This document shows, one piece after another, positions 9,423 through 18,103 of a stretch of 32,000 nucleotides of DNA (position 1 is its first letter; each line of letters starts with the position of its first letter). A model generated the notes under the pieces. That model saw only the letters and a list, made by a program, of their open reading frames with translations, searched no databases and was not told where the DNA came from. The stretch comes from an uncultured Solirubrobacterales bacterium. Lineage in GTDB: Bacteria > Actinomycetota > Thermoleophilia > Solirubrobacterales > Solirubrobacteraceae. The stretch is from positions 857,362-889,361 of the forward strand of contig CAVUPS010000001.1 of assembly GCA_963743475.1 (NCBI GenBank). Direction: 5' to 3'. A program made the position numbers and the translations under genes.

Positions 9423-9811
9423 GGTCGTTGTTCCTTTCGCGTTGCGCACCCAACCCAGCGGGCCAGGCGGGACTGCGCGATGAAGGACGCATCCCACGTT
9501 ACGCCGATTGTGCACCTGACACAAGTGTCGGGCAATAGGGACTTGTCGAGCACAGTCACGTCGAGCGCGGCCGCTTGTGCTCGCTTGCGCTCGCTCGGGC
9601 ATCTCGACGTCCAGACGTTCCCGGCGCGGCGTAGGCCGTGGGCGCGGCCGTTGAGTGGATGAGGCTACACGCGGTGGCGTAGGCTCCGATGTCCATGCTG
9701 TTCAATCGGCGCGCGGGCGCCGTCACGCAAGACGGCGTTCCCCCCTGCGGGGCTCGGGCTCTCCCCCACCCGCTACCGCGCGATGGTTTGTCAGCGGAGG
9801 TGCGCGACGAG

Positions 9812-10510
9812 CTACTTCTTGGCCTGCTCGAAGTACGGGTTGGTGCCGGAGGCGTGGTCGGTGACGTCGACGACGCGGTTGATTTCGGGCACCGCCTGGG
9901 TGATGGCGACTTCGATGCCCTGGCTGAGGGTGACTGTGGCCATGCCGCAGCCCTGGCACCCTCCCCCTAGGCGTAGGTAGACGGTGGCGCCTTCGACGGC
10001 AGCGAGTTCGGCGTGTCCGCCGTGGCTGGCGATGGCGGGGTTGACGTCGCGGTCGAGCACCGCCATCACGCGACGCGCGAGATCGGTGTCCAGCCCGCCT
10101 GAGGGCGAGGGCCGAGGTGGACCCGGCGGGGGGCCGGGGCGGGCAGTTCCCGGGCTCATTGGCAGGGTCGGAAGTGGGACGGGCGGTCGAGAGGGTTTGT
10201 TCGGGTTGATGACCACGAAGCCGCCGCCCAGCCGGTTCTCGCTCCAGTCCACCGTGGCGCCGAGCAGCTTTGCGACGCTTTCGTGGGGCACCACGATGGC
10301 TAGATCACCCTGGTGCTGCACGGTGTCGCTGACGCGGACCTGAGTCTGCGGCTCCAGCGAAAGCGCGCAGACGTATTCGCCGTCGGCCGCGCCGGTGACC
10401 CGCACCGACAGGACGCAATCGCTCGGGTCGGGAGCGGCGGCGCGGAAGCCGCGCACGCGCTCGAGGGCTGACGCCGTGATGGCGAGGAGCGGTAGAGCTG
10501 CGTCGGCCAC
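9812..10510 (-). CDS. NfuA-like iron-sulfur scaffold: HesB/IscA-like N-terminal domain plus NifU C-terminal domain
   Basis: N-terminal LLAITASALERVRGFRAAAPD...LSVRVTGAADGEYVCALSLEP; C-terminal VLDRDVNPAIASHGGHAELAAVEGATVYLRLGGGCQGCGMATVTLSQGIEVAITQAVPEINRVVDVTDHASGTNPYF with CxxC. GTG start at 10510. Confidence 0.8.
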   Translation of the reverse strand: MADAALPLLAITASALERVRGFRAAAPDPSDCVLSVRVTGAADGEYVCALSLEPQTQVRVSDTVQHQGDLAIVVPHESVAKLLGATVDWSENRLGGGFVVINPNKPSRPPVPLPTLPMSPGTARPGPPPGPPRPSPSGGLDTDLARRVMAVLDRDVNPAIASHGGHAELAAVEGATVYLRLGGGCQGCGMATVTLSQGIEVAITQAVPEINRVVDVTDHASGTNPYFEQAKK

Positions 10511-10527
10511 CGATCTACGATAGCGCC

Positions 10528-11775
10528 GTGGACCGCCTGCTCCTGATCCTGCCGTCGGCCACCTACCGGGCGCCGGACTTCCTGGCGGCAGCACGGGAGC
10601 TCGGCGTCGCGGTCACGGTCGCGTCCGAGCGCCGGGCGGCGATGTCGGCGGCGATGGGCGAACGTGCGCTCACCCTGCGGCTGTCGGACCCGGCAGTGGC
10701 GGCCGAGCAGATCGCCCAGCGTGCCCGGGAGACCCCGTTCGCTGCGGTCGTGGGCGTCGATGACCAGGGCGTGATGGCCGCCGCGCTGGGTGCCGAGCGC
10801 CTCGGCCTGCCCCACAACCCGCCGGCCGCCGTCGCCCGCACGCGCGACAAGGCGGCGATGCGCCGGGCGCTCGCGGAGGCCGGCGTCCCGCAACCGCGCT
10901 TCGCGCTGCTGCCCTATGGAGCCGACGTCGCGACGGTGGCGCGCGAGGTGGGCCTTCCCTGCGTCGTCAAGCCGCTGGGGCTGTCAGGCAGCCGGGGGGT
11001 GATCCGGGCGGATGACGGCGAGCAGGCGCGCTCGGCCGCCGAGCGCGTCCGGGGCATTCTCGCCGCCGCTCAGGAGCCGCCCGGCGCTCCGCTGCTGCTG
11101 GAGAGCTACCTGCCCGGCGCGGAGATGGCGATCGAGGGGCTGCTGCGCGGGGGCTGTCTGGAGGTGCTGGCAGTGTTCGACAAGCCCGACCCGCTCGAGG
11201 GGCCGTACTTCGAGGAGACGCTGTACGTGACGCCGTCGCGGCTGGCGACCGGCGTCCTGGCCGAGGTCGAGGCGGTCACTGCGCGGGCGGCGCGCGCGCT
11301 AGGGCTGCGGGAGGGACCGGTCCACGCCGAGCTGCGCGTGGACGGCGAGCGGGTGAGCGTCCTGGAGCTAGCGGCCCGGTCGATCGGCGGGCTGTGCTCT
11401 CGCGCGCTGCGCTTCGGTGCCGGCGTCAGCCTGGAGCAGGTGATCCTCCGCCACGCCTTGGGCCTCGGGCTCGAGGACCTGGCGCGGGAGTCGACGGCGT
11501 CTGGCGTGATGATGATCCCGATCCCCGAGGCTGGCGTGCTGCGCGCGGTCGAGGGGCAGGGGGACGCGCGGGCGGTGGAGGGCATCGGCGGGCTGGAGAT
11601 CACGATTGCCCGCGGCCGCGCCGTCGTGCCGCTGCCCGACGGCGACCGCTACCTAGGCTTCATATTCGCGCGCGCGGCGAGCGCCGACGCGGTCGAGCGC
11701 TCCCTGCGCTCCGCGCACGGCCGCCTACGGATCCGGATCGAGCCGCACGCGCCCGAGCCGGTCGCCGCGCGCTAG
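10528..11775 (+). CDS. ATP-grasp domain protein (carboxylate-amine/thiol ligase superfamily), probable partner of the downstream radical SAM gene
   Basis: LPHNPPAAVARTRDKAAMRRALAEAGVPQPRFALL, GLPCVVKPLGLSGSRGVIRADD, PLLLESYLPGAEMAIEGLL, GPVHAELRVDGERVSVLELAARSIGG (ATP-grasp signatures). 12 nt upstream of the next CDS. Confidence 0.88.
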   Translation: MDRLLLILPSATYRAPDFLAAARELGVAVTVASERRAAMSAAMGERALTLRLSDPAVAAEQIAQRARETPFAAVVGVDDQGVMAAALGAERLGLPHNPPAAVARTRDKAAMRRALAEAGVPQPRFALLPYGADVATVAREVGLPCVVKPLGLSGSRGVIRADDGEQARSAAERVRGILAAAQEPPGAPLLLESYLPGAEMAIEGLLRGGCLEVLAVFDKPDPLEGPYFEETLYVTPSRLATGVLAEVEAVTARAARALGLREGPVHAELRVDGERVSVLELAARSIGGLCSRALRFGAGVSLEQVILRHALGLGLEDLARESTASGVMMIPIPEAGVLRAVEGQGDARAVEGIGGLEITIARGRAVVPLPDGDRYLGFIFARAASADAVERSLRSAHGRLRIRIEPHAPEPVAAR

Positions 11776-11787
11776 CGTGGGTCACCC

Positions 11788-13194
11788 GTGCGCGTCCTGT
11801 TGATCTCCACCTACGAGCTGGGCCACCAGCCGTTGCACGTCGCGTCGCCGGCGGCCGCGCTGCGCCGCGCCGGGCACGATGTCCGCTGCCTGGATCTCAG
11901 CGTGCAGCCGTGGGACCACGGTGCGCTGGAATGGGCGCAGGCGGTCGGCTTCTCGGTGCCGATGCACACCGCCATGCGGCTGGCGCTCAGCGCCGGCCGC
12001 CGAGTGCGCCGCGAGCACCCCGGGCTGCCGATCTGCTTCTACGGGCTCTACGCCACGGTCAGCCGCGAGCTGGTAGAGCGTGAGCTCGCCGCGCGCGCGA
12101 TCGCTGGCGAGTACGAGCCGGCGCTCACGGCCTGGGTGGACGAGCTGGCGGCCCCGTGCGCGACCGCCCAGGCCGCCGGACGGCCGATCATCCACCTGCA
12201 GCGCGGCACCTTCGACCCGCCGGCGCGCGAGCTGCTGCCCGGACTCGAGCGCTACGCCCGCCTGGCGGTGGGCGGGGAGGAGCGGCTGGTCGGGTACGTC
12301 GAGGCCAGCCATGGGTGCGTGCATCGCTGCCGGCATTGCCCTGTCCCCGCCGTCTACGACGGGCGCATCCGCATCGTGCAGGCCGAGACCGTCCTGCGCG
12401 ACATCGAGCACCTGGCGGACATGGGCGCGCGGCACATCACGTTCGGCGATCCCGACTTCCTCAACGGCTGGCGCCACTCTCTGGCGATCGTACGTGCGCT
12501 CCACGAGCGCCGACCGGAGCTGACCTTCGACTGCACGACGAAGGTCGAGCACGTGCTCGAGCACGCCGACGTGTGGGATCAGATGGCCGCCTCGGGCTGC
12601 CTATTCGTTGTCAGCGCGCTGGAGAGCGTCAACGACGAGATCCTCGCCCGCCTCGACAAGGGCCACACCACCGCGCAAGCGGTGCAAGCCCTCGACCTGC
12701 TGCGCGAGCACGGAATCGAGACCAGGCCCTCGTTTATGCCCTTCACGCCGTGGACGACCCCGGCTGACGTGCTAGACATCGTCGACTTCGTCGCCGCGCA
12801 CGATCTGGTCGCCAACGTCGACCCGGTGCAGTACACGATCCGGCTGCTCGTGCCCGAGGACTCGCTACTGCTGGCGAGCGAGGACCTGCGCGAGCACCTC
12901 GGCCCCTACCAAGCCCAACGACTCAGCTACCCGTGGCGCTCAGCGGACCCAACAGCCGACCGGCTGCAAGGCCGCCTCAGCGCGCTGGTCCAACAGAGCG
13001 CCGCCGCGGAGGAAGCAATTGGCCTGACGTTCGCGCGCATCCGCACGGCGGTGCGCGAGGCCACCGGCGAAGCGGACGGCCCCGAGCCCGAGGCCATCCC
13101 CATGGGATCGACCGAGGGGAGGCCACGGCTCACCGAGCCGTGGTTCTGTTGAGCGGAGCCCACCGAGGACCAGTTCGGTCCTCTCACAGCGTGA
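11788..13194 (+). CDS. CUAEP-tail radical SAM selenoprotein; Sec encoded by in-frame TGA at 13150-13152 (residue 455 of 468)
   Basis: Radical SAM CxxxCxxC motif in EASHGCVHRCRHCPVPAVYDGRIR, GARHITFGDPDFLNG, FDCTTKVEHVLEH. Reading tgt-tga-gcg-gag-ccc gives C-U-A-E-P, then TEDQFGPLTA and TGA stop at 13192-13194. The ORF track stops at 13152 because it treats the Sec codon as a stop. Confidence 0.9.
13146..13189 (+). promoter_or_regulatory. candidate bacterial SECIS (bSECIS) stem-loop
   Basis: GAGGACC (13165-13171) / loop AGTTC (13172-13176) / GGTCCTC (13177-13183) is a perfect 7-bp stem; 19 nt separate the UGA from the apical loop; G is within the first two loop bases. Possible outer helix CTGT-t-GAG (13146-13153) with CTCACAG (13183-13189) embedding the UGA near the base. 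Confidence 0.75.
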
Positions 13195-13549
13195 TCACAT
13201 GATCCGGCGGGTCTCCCGCCAGCGCCGCGTAGAGGTCGGGGAAGCAACCGACCCGCACGCCGACGACCGTTCCCGCCGGCAGCGCCGCGCCGATCTCCCC
13301 CTCGGCCAAGCCGCGCTCCAACGCGCACTGGTCACAGAGCATCAGCAGCATTCCGCGCTGGGCGGCCACTCGCCCGAGGCGCTCGCCCACCGGATCGCCC
13401 GCTCGGAGCAGGTAGGTGTTGTCGTCAAAGAAAAACATTCCGACAACCTCAACGCCGTGCGTGCCCTGCTCCAGCTGCGGAAGGATCATCCTCCCGAGCT
13501 TGTAGCTGGCCGTGTGGCCAGAGGTGGAGAACACGTAGGCAACCTTCAT
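13184..13549 (-). CDS. DsrE-family protein with CxxC motif (DsrE-like, possible sulfur/selenium relay protein)
   Basis: MKVAYVFSTSGHTASYKLGRMILPQLEQGTHGVEVVGMFFFDDNTYLLRAGDPVGERLGRVAAQRGMLLMLCDQCALERG...VVGVRVGCFPDLYAALAGDPPDHVITL; ATG at 13549. Confidence 0.82.
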   Translation of the reverse strand: MKVAYVFSTSGHTASYKLGRMILPQLEQGTHGVEVVGMFFFDDNTYLLRAGDPVGERLGRVAAQRGMLLMLCDQCALERGLAEGEIGAALPAGTVVGVRVGCFPDLYAALAGDPPDHVITL

Positions 13550-14219
13550 CCCGGCGGGAGAGTAGCCGGAAGCCGCGCGCACCCGTTGCCGGTGGTGGTC
13601 CCGGAGGTCACATGACCATCACTCCCCGGTCAGAAGAGCCGCACCCGCGTCGTCAACGGCCCTGCCGCAGTCGCGTGGTCCCGGCAGCCACGGCCGCCGT
13701 ATCGGGACGATCGGTTTCGACGGGACGCGATCGCGCGGACCCGGGCGCCGCGACGATTCCTTTTCTTCTCGCGCCGGCGGGCAGCGCGCTACCGCAATGG
13801 CGACGTTTCAGCCGTCCAACTCTACGCGCGGGACCCCGACGAGGTTCGTTGTCACGCTTCCGAGGGAGTCAAGCGGCGTGCTGCGCGGGAGCCACTTGCG
13901 CCGTTCGGTTGCCTTGGCCGCAACCCTTAGACCGCCGGGGCGACCACTTCCGTGACGCCCCGGCGGTGGTTGAGGGAGGAGAGGGTGCTGCATCCGCCGG
14001 CGAGATATGAGGCCGGCGAATCTTCCGGCTCCTAGGCGCTGTCCTGGATGGCCCCGCGCGCGAGAAGCTCCTGCACCGATGAACGCGGGGGAGCGTTCGT
14101 GAGCGCTGACAATCGGGGACCGCGAGAGAACCTCTGCGCCCTGAACGGACCGACGTCCCTTGACGGCAACCGAATGCATGCTCTGCGCGGGTCTATTGCT
14201 CAGCGTCGTCTGCGTTTGG

Positions 14220-14513
14220 TCAGGCGGCCTTGAGCTCGGCCGGCGGCGGCGGTCCACACTGTGAGATGTCACGAGCGATACGCGTTGCGCTTGTCTGCTT
14301 CAAGCGGCCGGTGTCTATAAGCGCGCGACACAGACGCTCGACATCCTGCAGCGCCTCGCGTGCTCCGTCGTCCTGTAGCAGGTCGTGGCTGAAGAGGACG
14401 CTGTCCGCAGCGTGGCGGATGGCGTCCTGCTCTCGGCTGCCCAGCGTGCTCGCGCCCAGCTCGTTGAGAGTCTGGATGACTCGTCGATAGGCGTGGGCAC
14501 GTTCACGGGTCAT
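14220..14513 (-). CDS. conserved hypothetical protein (small, alpha-helical)
   Basis: MTRERAHAYRRVIQTLNELGASTLGSREQDAIRHAADSVLFSHDLLQDDGAREALQDVERLCRALIDTGRLKQTSATRIARDISQCGPP: protein-like, similar in character to small proteins common in Solirubrobacterales. An upstream start (ORF to 14651) is possible. Confidence 0.65.
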   Translation of the reverse strand: MTRERAHAYRRVIQTLNELGASTLGSREQDAIRHAADSVLFSHDLLQDDGAREALQDVERLCRALIDTGRLKQTSATRIARDISQCGPPPPAELKAA

Positions 14514-14976
14514 TGTGCACCGAGCGGTAGAAGCCCGGGGTTGCGATGCGGCCATGATCATCGCTGCTACTTCCTCTGTCTTTAGCCGATTGACTAAGGA
14601 TCGGGGCGCAGTTTCATACGTGTGGCCAGCGTGCGGTCGAGTTCGTGGCACGGTCCGATGGCGCGCCTCGCGACGAATGCGAGCGCCAACGTCGACGTTC
14701 CCGCACGTCTGCGCCGACCCACCCGCGGCCGTAGGCGACCGCGGCGTCGGACGCCTTCTAATCTAAGGTAAGCGCGGAAAGCGCGACCCTGGTACGTGCG
14801 CTTCAAGTCGCCGGGCCGCGGCGCCGGATGGTGTCTGCGGAGGGGCTGCGCGCTGCGAAGAACGTGCCTGGGGGAAGAGGATCGTGGGCCGAACGTTGGC
14901 CACTTGTCCATGTCGCAACCGCGCCCTATGGATCAGGCTTCCGCCTGGTGGCACAGTTACGAGGAAAGGAGCGGCG

Positions 14977-16023
14977 ATGGATACCGCGGTCGTGACTCAC
15001 CCGACGCCGCGGCAGTATGGGATGGCGATGCCTCCGGAGTGGGCTCCGCACGAGCTCACCCTGATGGCGTGGCCAACGCGGCTTGAACTTTGGGGCGATG
15101 CCCTCGATATGGCGAAGCGCGAGTACGCCGCCGCCGCGTGGGCGATCGCCGGATTTGAGCCGGTGTTGATGGTGGCGGCGCCTGGCGCCGGCCCTGAGGT
15201 GCGAGAGGCGTGCGGCGAAGGGGTCGAGGTGCTCGAGCTAGCGATCGACGACTCGTGGATGCGCGATAGCGGTCCGGTGATCGTGACCGGAGCGGATGGC
15301 TGTCGTGCCGGGGTCGACTTCAGGTTCAACGGCTGGGGGGAGAAGTTCGTTCCCTACGATCGTGACGACGCGATGAACTGCGCGCTGCTGGCGCACTTGC
15401 GGATCGACCGGGTCGAAGCCGACTTTGTGCTCGAAGGCGGGTCGATCGCGGTCGACGGCGAAGGGACGTTGATCGCCACCGAGCAGTGCCTGCTTCATCC
15501 GTCGCGCAATCCTGCTCTGACCCGCGCTGAGCTCGAGAGCCGGTTGGGCGACTACCTGGGCATCGACAAGGTCGTGTGGATCCGGAGCGGGCTAGTCGAG
15601 GACTACGACACAGACGGGCATGTCGACAATGTCGCGGTGTTTGTCCGTCCGGGCGTGGTGCTCGCCCAGACCGTCGACGACGCGCGCGATCCTAACCACG
15701 AGCCGCTGGCCGAGAACGTCGAGCGCCTACGCGCTGCGACCGACGCGCGCGGGCGCCGGCTCGAGGTGATCGAGCTTCCGGTGTTGCCGCGCACCCGGGT
15801 GCGCGGGCAGCCCGGCGTGGTGCCGTACACGAACCTCTATATCGTCAACGGGGCGGTGGTCGTGCCGGTGTGCGGCGATGATCTGAGTCGCGACGAGGAG
15901 GTGCTGCGGATGCTCGCGTCAGTGTTCGCGCCCCGTGAGATTGTGCCCGTGCCTGGCCGGGGGCTGGCTGAGGGCGGCGGGGGCGTGCACTGCATCACCC
16001 AGCAGGTGCCGGTAAGCTCATAG
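14977..16023 (+). CDS. aguA: agmatine deiminase
   Basis: PRQYGMAMPPEWAPHELTLMAWP, DDSWMRDSGPVIV, DFRFNGWGEKF, VLEGGSIAVDGEGTLIATEQCLLHPSRNP, EDYDTDGHVDNVAVF, EGGGGVHCITQQVP (catalytic Cys). RBS gaggaaaggag before the ATG. Confidence 0.95.
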   Translation: MDTAVVTHPTPRQYGMAMPPEWAPHELTLMAWPTRLELWGDALDMAKREYAAAAWAIAGFEPVLMVAAPGAGPEVREACGEGVEVLELAIDDSWMRDSGPVIVTGADGCRAGVDFRFNGWGEKFVPYDRDDAMNCALLAHLRIDRVEADFVLEGGSIAVDGEGTLIATEQCLLHPSRNPALTRAELESRLGDYLGIDKVVWIRSGLVEDYDTDGHVDNVAVFVRPGVVLAQTVDDARDPNHEPLAENVERLRAATDARGRRLEVIELPVLPRTRVRGQPGVVPYTNLYIVNGAVVVPVCGDDLSRDEEVLRMLASVFAPREIVPVPGRGLAEGGGGVHCITQQVPVSS

Positions 16024-16033
16024 ACTCGCGCGC

Positions 16034-16981
16034 GTGGAGCGGCCTGCGCTCATCACCGCACTGCATCCGCTGGAGTCCCCGGCGCGTGTGAATCTCCCCG
16101 AGCGCGAACCATTTCGGATCGGACTCGTCCAACAGCGGTGGCATCCCGATCCCGAGGAACACGAGTCGGCGCTCGCCGATGGCATTCGCGTAGCGGCGGA
16201 GCAGGGCGCCGGCTTGGTCTGTCTTCAGGAGCTGACGCTGTCGCCGTACTTCGCGGTCAATCCCGACGCTGGCGATTGGCCGGCAGCCCATGCCGAGTAC
16301 ATTCCAACCGGCCCGACCACCGCGTTCGCTGCCCGGCTCGCCGCCGAGACCGGAGCGCACGTGCACGCATCGCTCTTCGAGCGAGCCGGAGAGGCAGAAC
16401 TGGGATACAACACCGCGATCTGCGTGTCGCCGTCCGGCGAGGTCGTGGCCCGGACGCGCAAGCAGCACATCCCCGTGACCGCCGGCTACTACGAGGATCG
16501 CTACTTCCGTCCCGGCGACTCCGGCTACCCGGTAGTGGAAATCGCCGGCGCCGGGTTTGGGTTCCCGACGTGCTGGGACCAATGGTTTCCCGAGCTGGCC
16601 CGCGCCTATTCGCTCGCTGGCGCGGAAGTGATCGTCTACCCGACCGCGATCGGCTCCGAGCCCGACCACCCCGAGTTCGACACCGAGCCGCTGTGGGAGC
16701 GTGTAATCAGCGCGAACGGGATAACGAACGGCACGTTCATGGTCGCCGTCAACCGCATTGGGTACGAGCCCCCCCTCACGTTCTACGGGTCGTCGTTCAT
16801 CTCAGACCCGTACGGCAGGATGCTCGTCCAGGCCCCGCGCGACCGTCCGGCGATACTGATCGCCGACCTCGACCTCGACCAGCGGCGCGACTGGCTTGAC
16901 CTGTTCCCATTCCTCGACACCCGCCAGCCGAGCCAGTACGCACCGCTCGTGGCCGAGCGCTCCCCCACCCGGCGGGATTGA
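16034..16981 (+). CDS. carbon-nitrogen hydrolase (nitrilase superfamily), likely N-carbamoylputrescine amidase
   Basis: GAGLVCLQELTLSPYF (Glu), RKQHIPVTAGYYEDRYF (Lys), GFGFPTCWDQWFPELAR (Cys). Immediately downstream of agmatine deiminase. Confidence 0.88.
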   Translation: MERPALITALHPLESPARVNLPEREPFRIGLVQQRWHPDPEEHESALADGIRVAAEQGAGLVCLQELTLSPYFAVNPDAGDWPAAHAEYIPTGPTTAFAARLAAETGAHVHASLFERAGEAELGYNTAICVSPSGEVVARTRKQHIPVTAGYYEDRYFRPGDSGYPVVEIAGAGFGFPTCWDQWFPELARAYSLAGAEVIVYPTAIGSEPDHPEFDTEPLWERVISANGITNGTFMVAVNRIGYEPPLTFYGSSFISDPYGRMLVQAPRDRPAILIADLDLDQRRDWLDLFPFLDTRQPSQYAPLVAERSPTRRD

Positions 16982-17428
16982 CGCGGCCCGGCCAGGCGCG
17001 GCCGCCGAGGACAACCGAACCGAGGCGGACCTCGCGCTGGCGCGGCGACAGGGCGCCCCCTAACCGCGGAGACACGCGTCCTGTTCCATCGTGCCTCGAC
17101 TGGCGACCGGCGAATGCAACACGAACGCGACCCGGTACCCGGGAGTGCTGATCGCAAGCGGGGGCTGGGTCGTCGGCCTCACGCTCACTGTCCTCGCCCT
17201 CGCGCTGATTACCTTCCGCATGAGCCGACAGCGTCGGCACCCCAAACGACTAAATTTCGCGGCTCGATCATCCCGCCTGCGTGTACCCCTCCCGACGCTT
17301 CGCCGCGACGCCGCCGCCCTCGCGGACGGCCGACGCACGGCTCGGGTCCTCGTGGCTGGCTAGACCTTCGACGTAGAGCGTTCTCATCTCTTTCTCCAGG
17401 CCGGTTTATCCCGGCGCTTGCCGGCTCC

Positions 17429-17938
17429 TTATCCCCGCCGGGTTATCCCGGTGACCTCCCATGCCCGACCAAGGCCGCTGCCATAAAAAGCCACAATGAC
17501 GAGGACCAAGGCACGTTGCAGCGCGGCACTCTGGGTGTTCGCTAGGAGCGCCACGGCGAGGCCGAGCTGCACTGAGTAGCCCCCAACCGAAAGCGCCGCG
17601 AAGGCGAGATTCAGCCTTCTGGTTCGAGAGCTGCGGGAAAAATTTCCAGCCCGCTTTGCCCTTGGTATCAGCCGTCTGGTGGCCAGCAGGCCGACGGTTG
17701 CCATGGCGATGCTTGATAGCCCGAAGACGACTGAGCCCCCGGTCAAGGCCACGATCGAGACGAAGAAGATGTCTACCAGGACAACAAACGCGCTCCCGGC
17801 CAACACAGTTCGCAACTCCCGAGTTGTGGGATTCGCGTCGTCCGCGTTGACGACCGATACGGCGACGACGAGCAACCCCAAGATGGCGGCGGACGCGCCC
17901 GCGCTTGCGACGAAGAAGCTCTGATAGTGGCCCACCAC
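17429..17938 (-). CDS. multi-pass membrane protein of unknown function
   Basis: Four hydrophobic segments: SAGASAAILGLLVVAVSVV, AFVVLVDIFFVSIVALTGGSVVFGL, YSVQLGLAVALLANT, ALVLVIVAFYGSGLG. Confidence 0.7.
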   Translation of the reverse strand: MVGHYQSFFVASAGASAAILGLLVVAVSVVNADDANPTTRELRTVLAGSAFVVLVDIFFVSIVALTGGSVVFGLSSIAMATVGLLATRRLIPRAKRAGNFSRSSRTRRLNLAFAALSVGGYSVQLGLAVALLANTQSAALQRALVLVIVAFYGSGLGRAWEVTGITRRG

Positions 17939-18103
17939 AACGCCACCCTATCGGCGGCTATCGTGGCGAGGAGTGCCCGACCGCGTTCTCCACGACAAGG
18001 ATCCCCCGGTGCCCAGCGGAGCGCTACTACGCGACCGGACCCGAGATCCCTGTTGCCCCGATTCTGGGCTTATGTCGAAGAACAGGCCCGCTACCGTTCG
18101 GTT

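Noticed and set aside
9718-9737. CGCCGTC-acgcaa-GACGGCG hairpin downstream of the NfuA-like gene
   Set aside because: A perfect stem but no T-run on either strand; not enough to call a terminator or an RNA gene.
9540-9811. Searched this gap for a tRNA-Sec (selC) near the selenoprotein
   Set aside because: No long acceptor/variable arm tRNA shape or GGTTCRA T-loop could be identified; selC would have to be elsewhere in the genome.
17091-17363. 90-aa plus ORF with one hydrophobic segment
   Set aside because: A single TM-like stretch in high-GC DNA and an Arg-rich tail; no homology-like pattern recognised.
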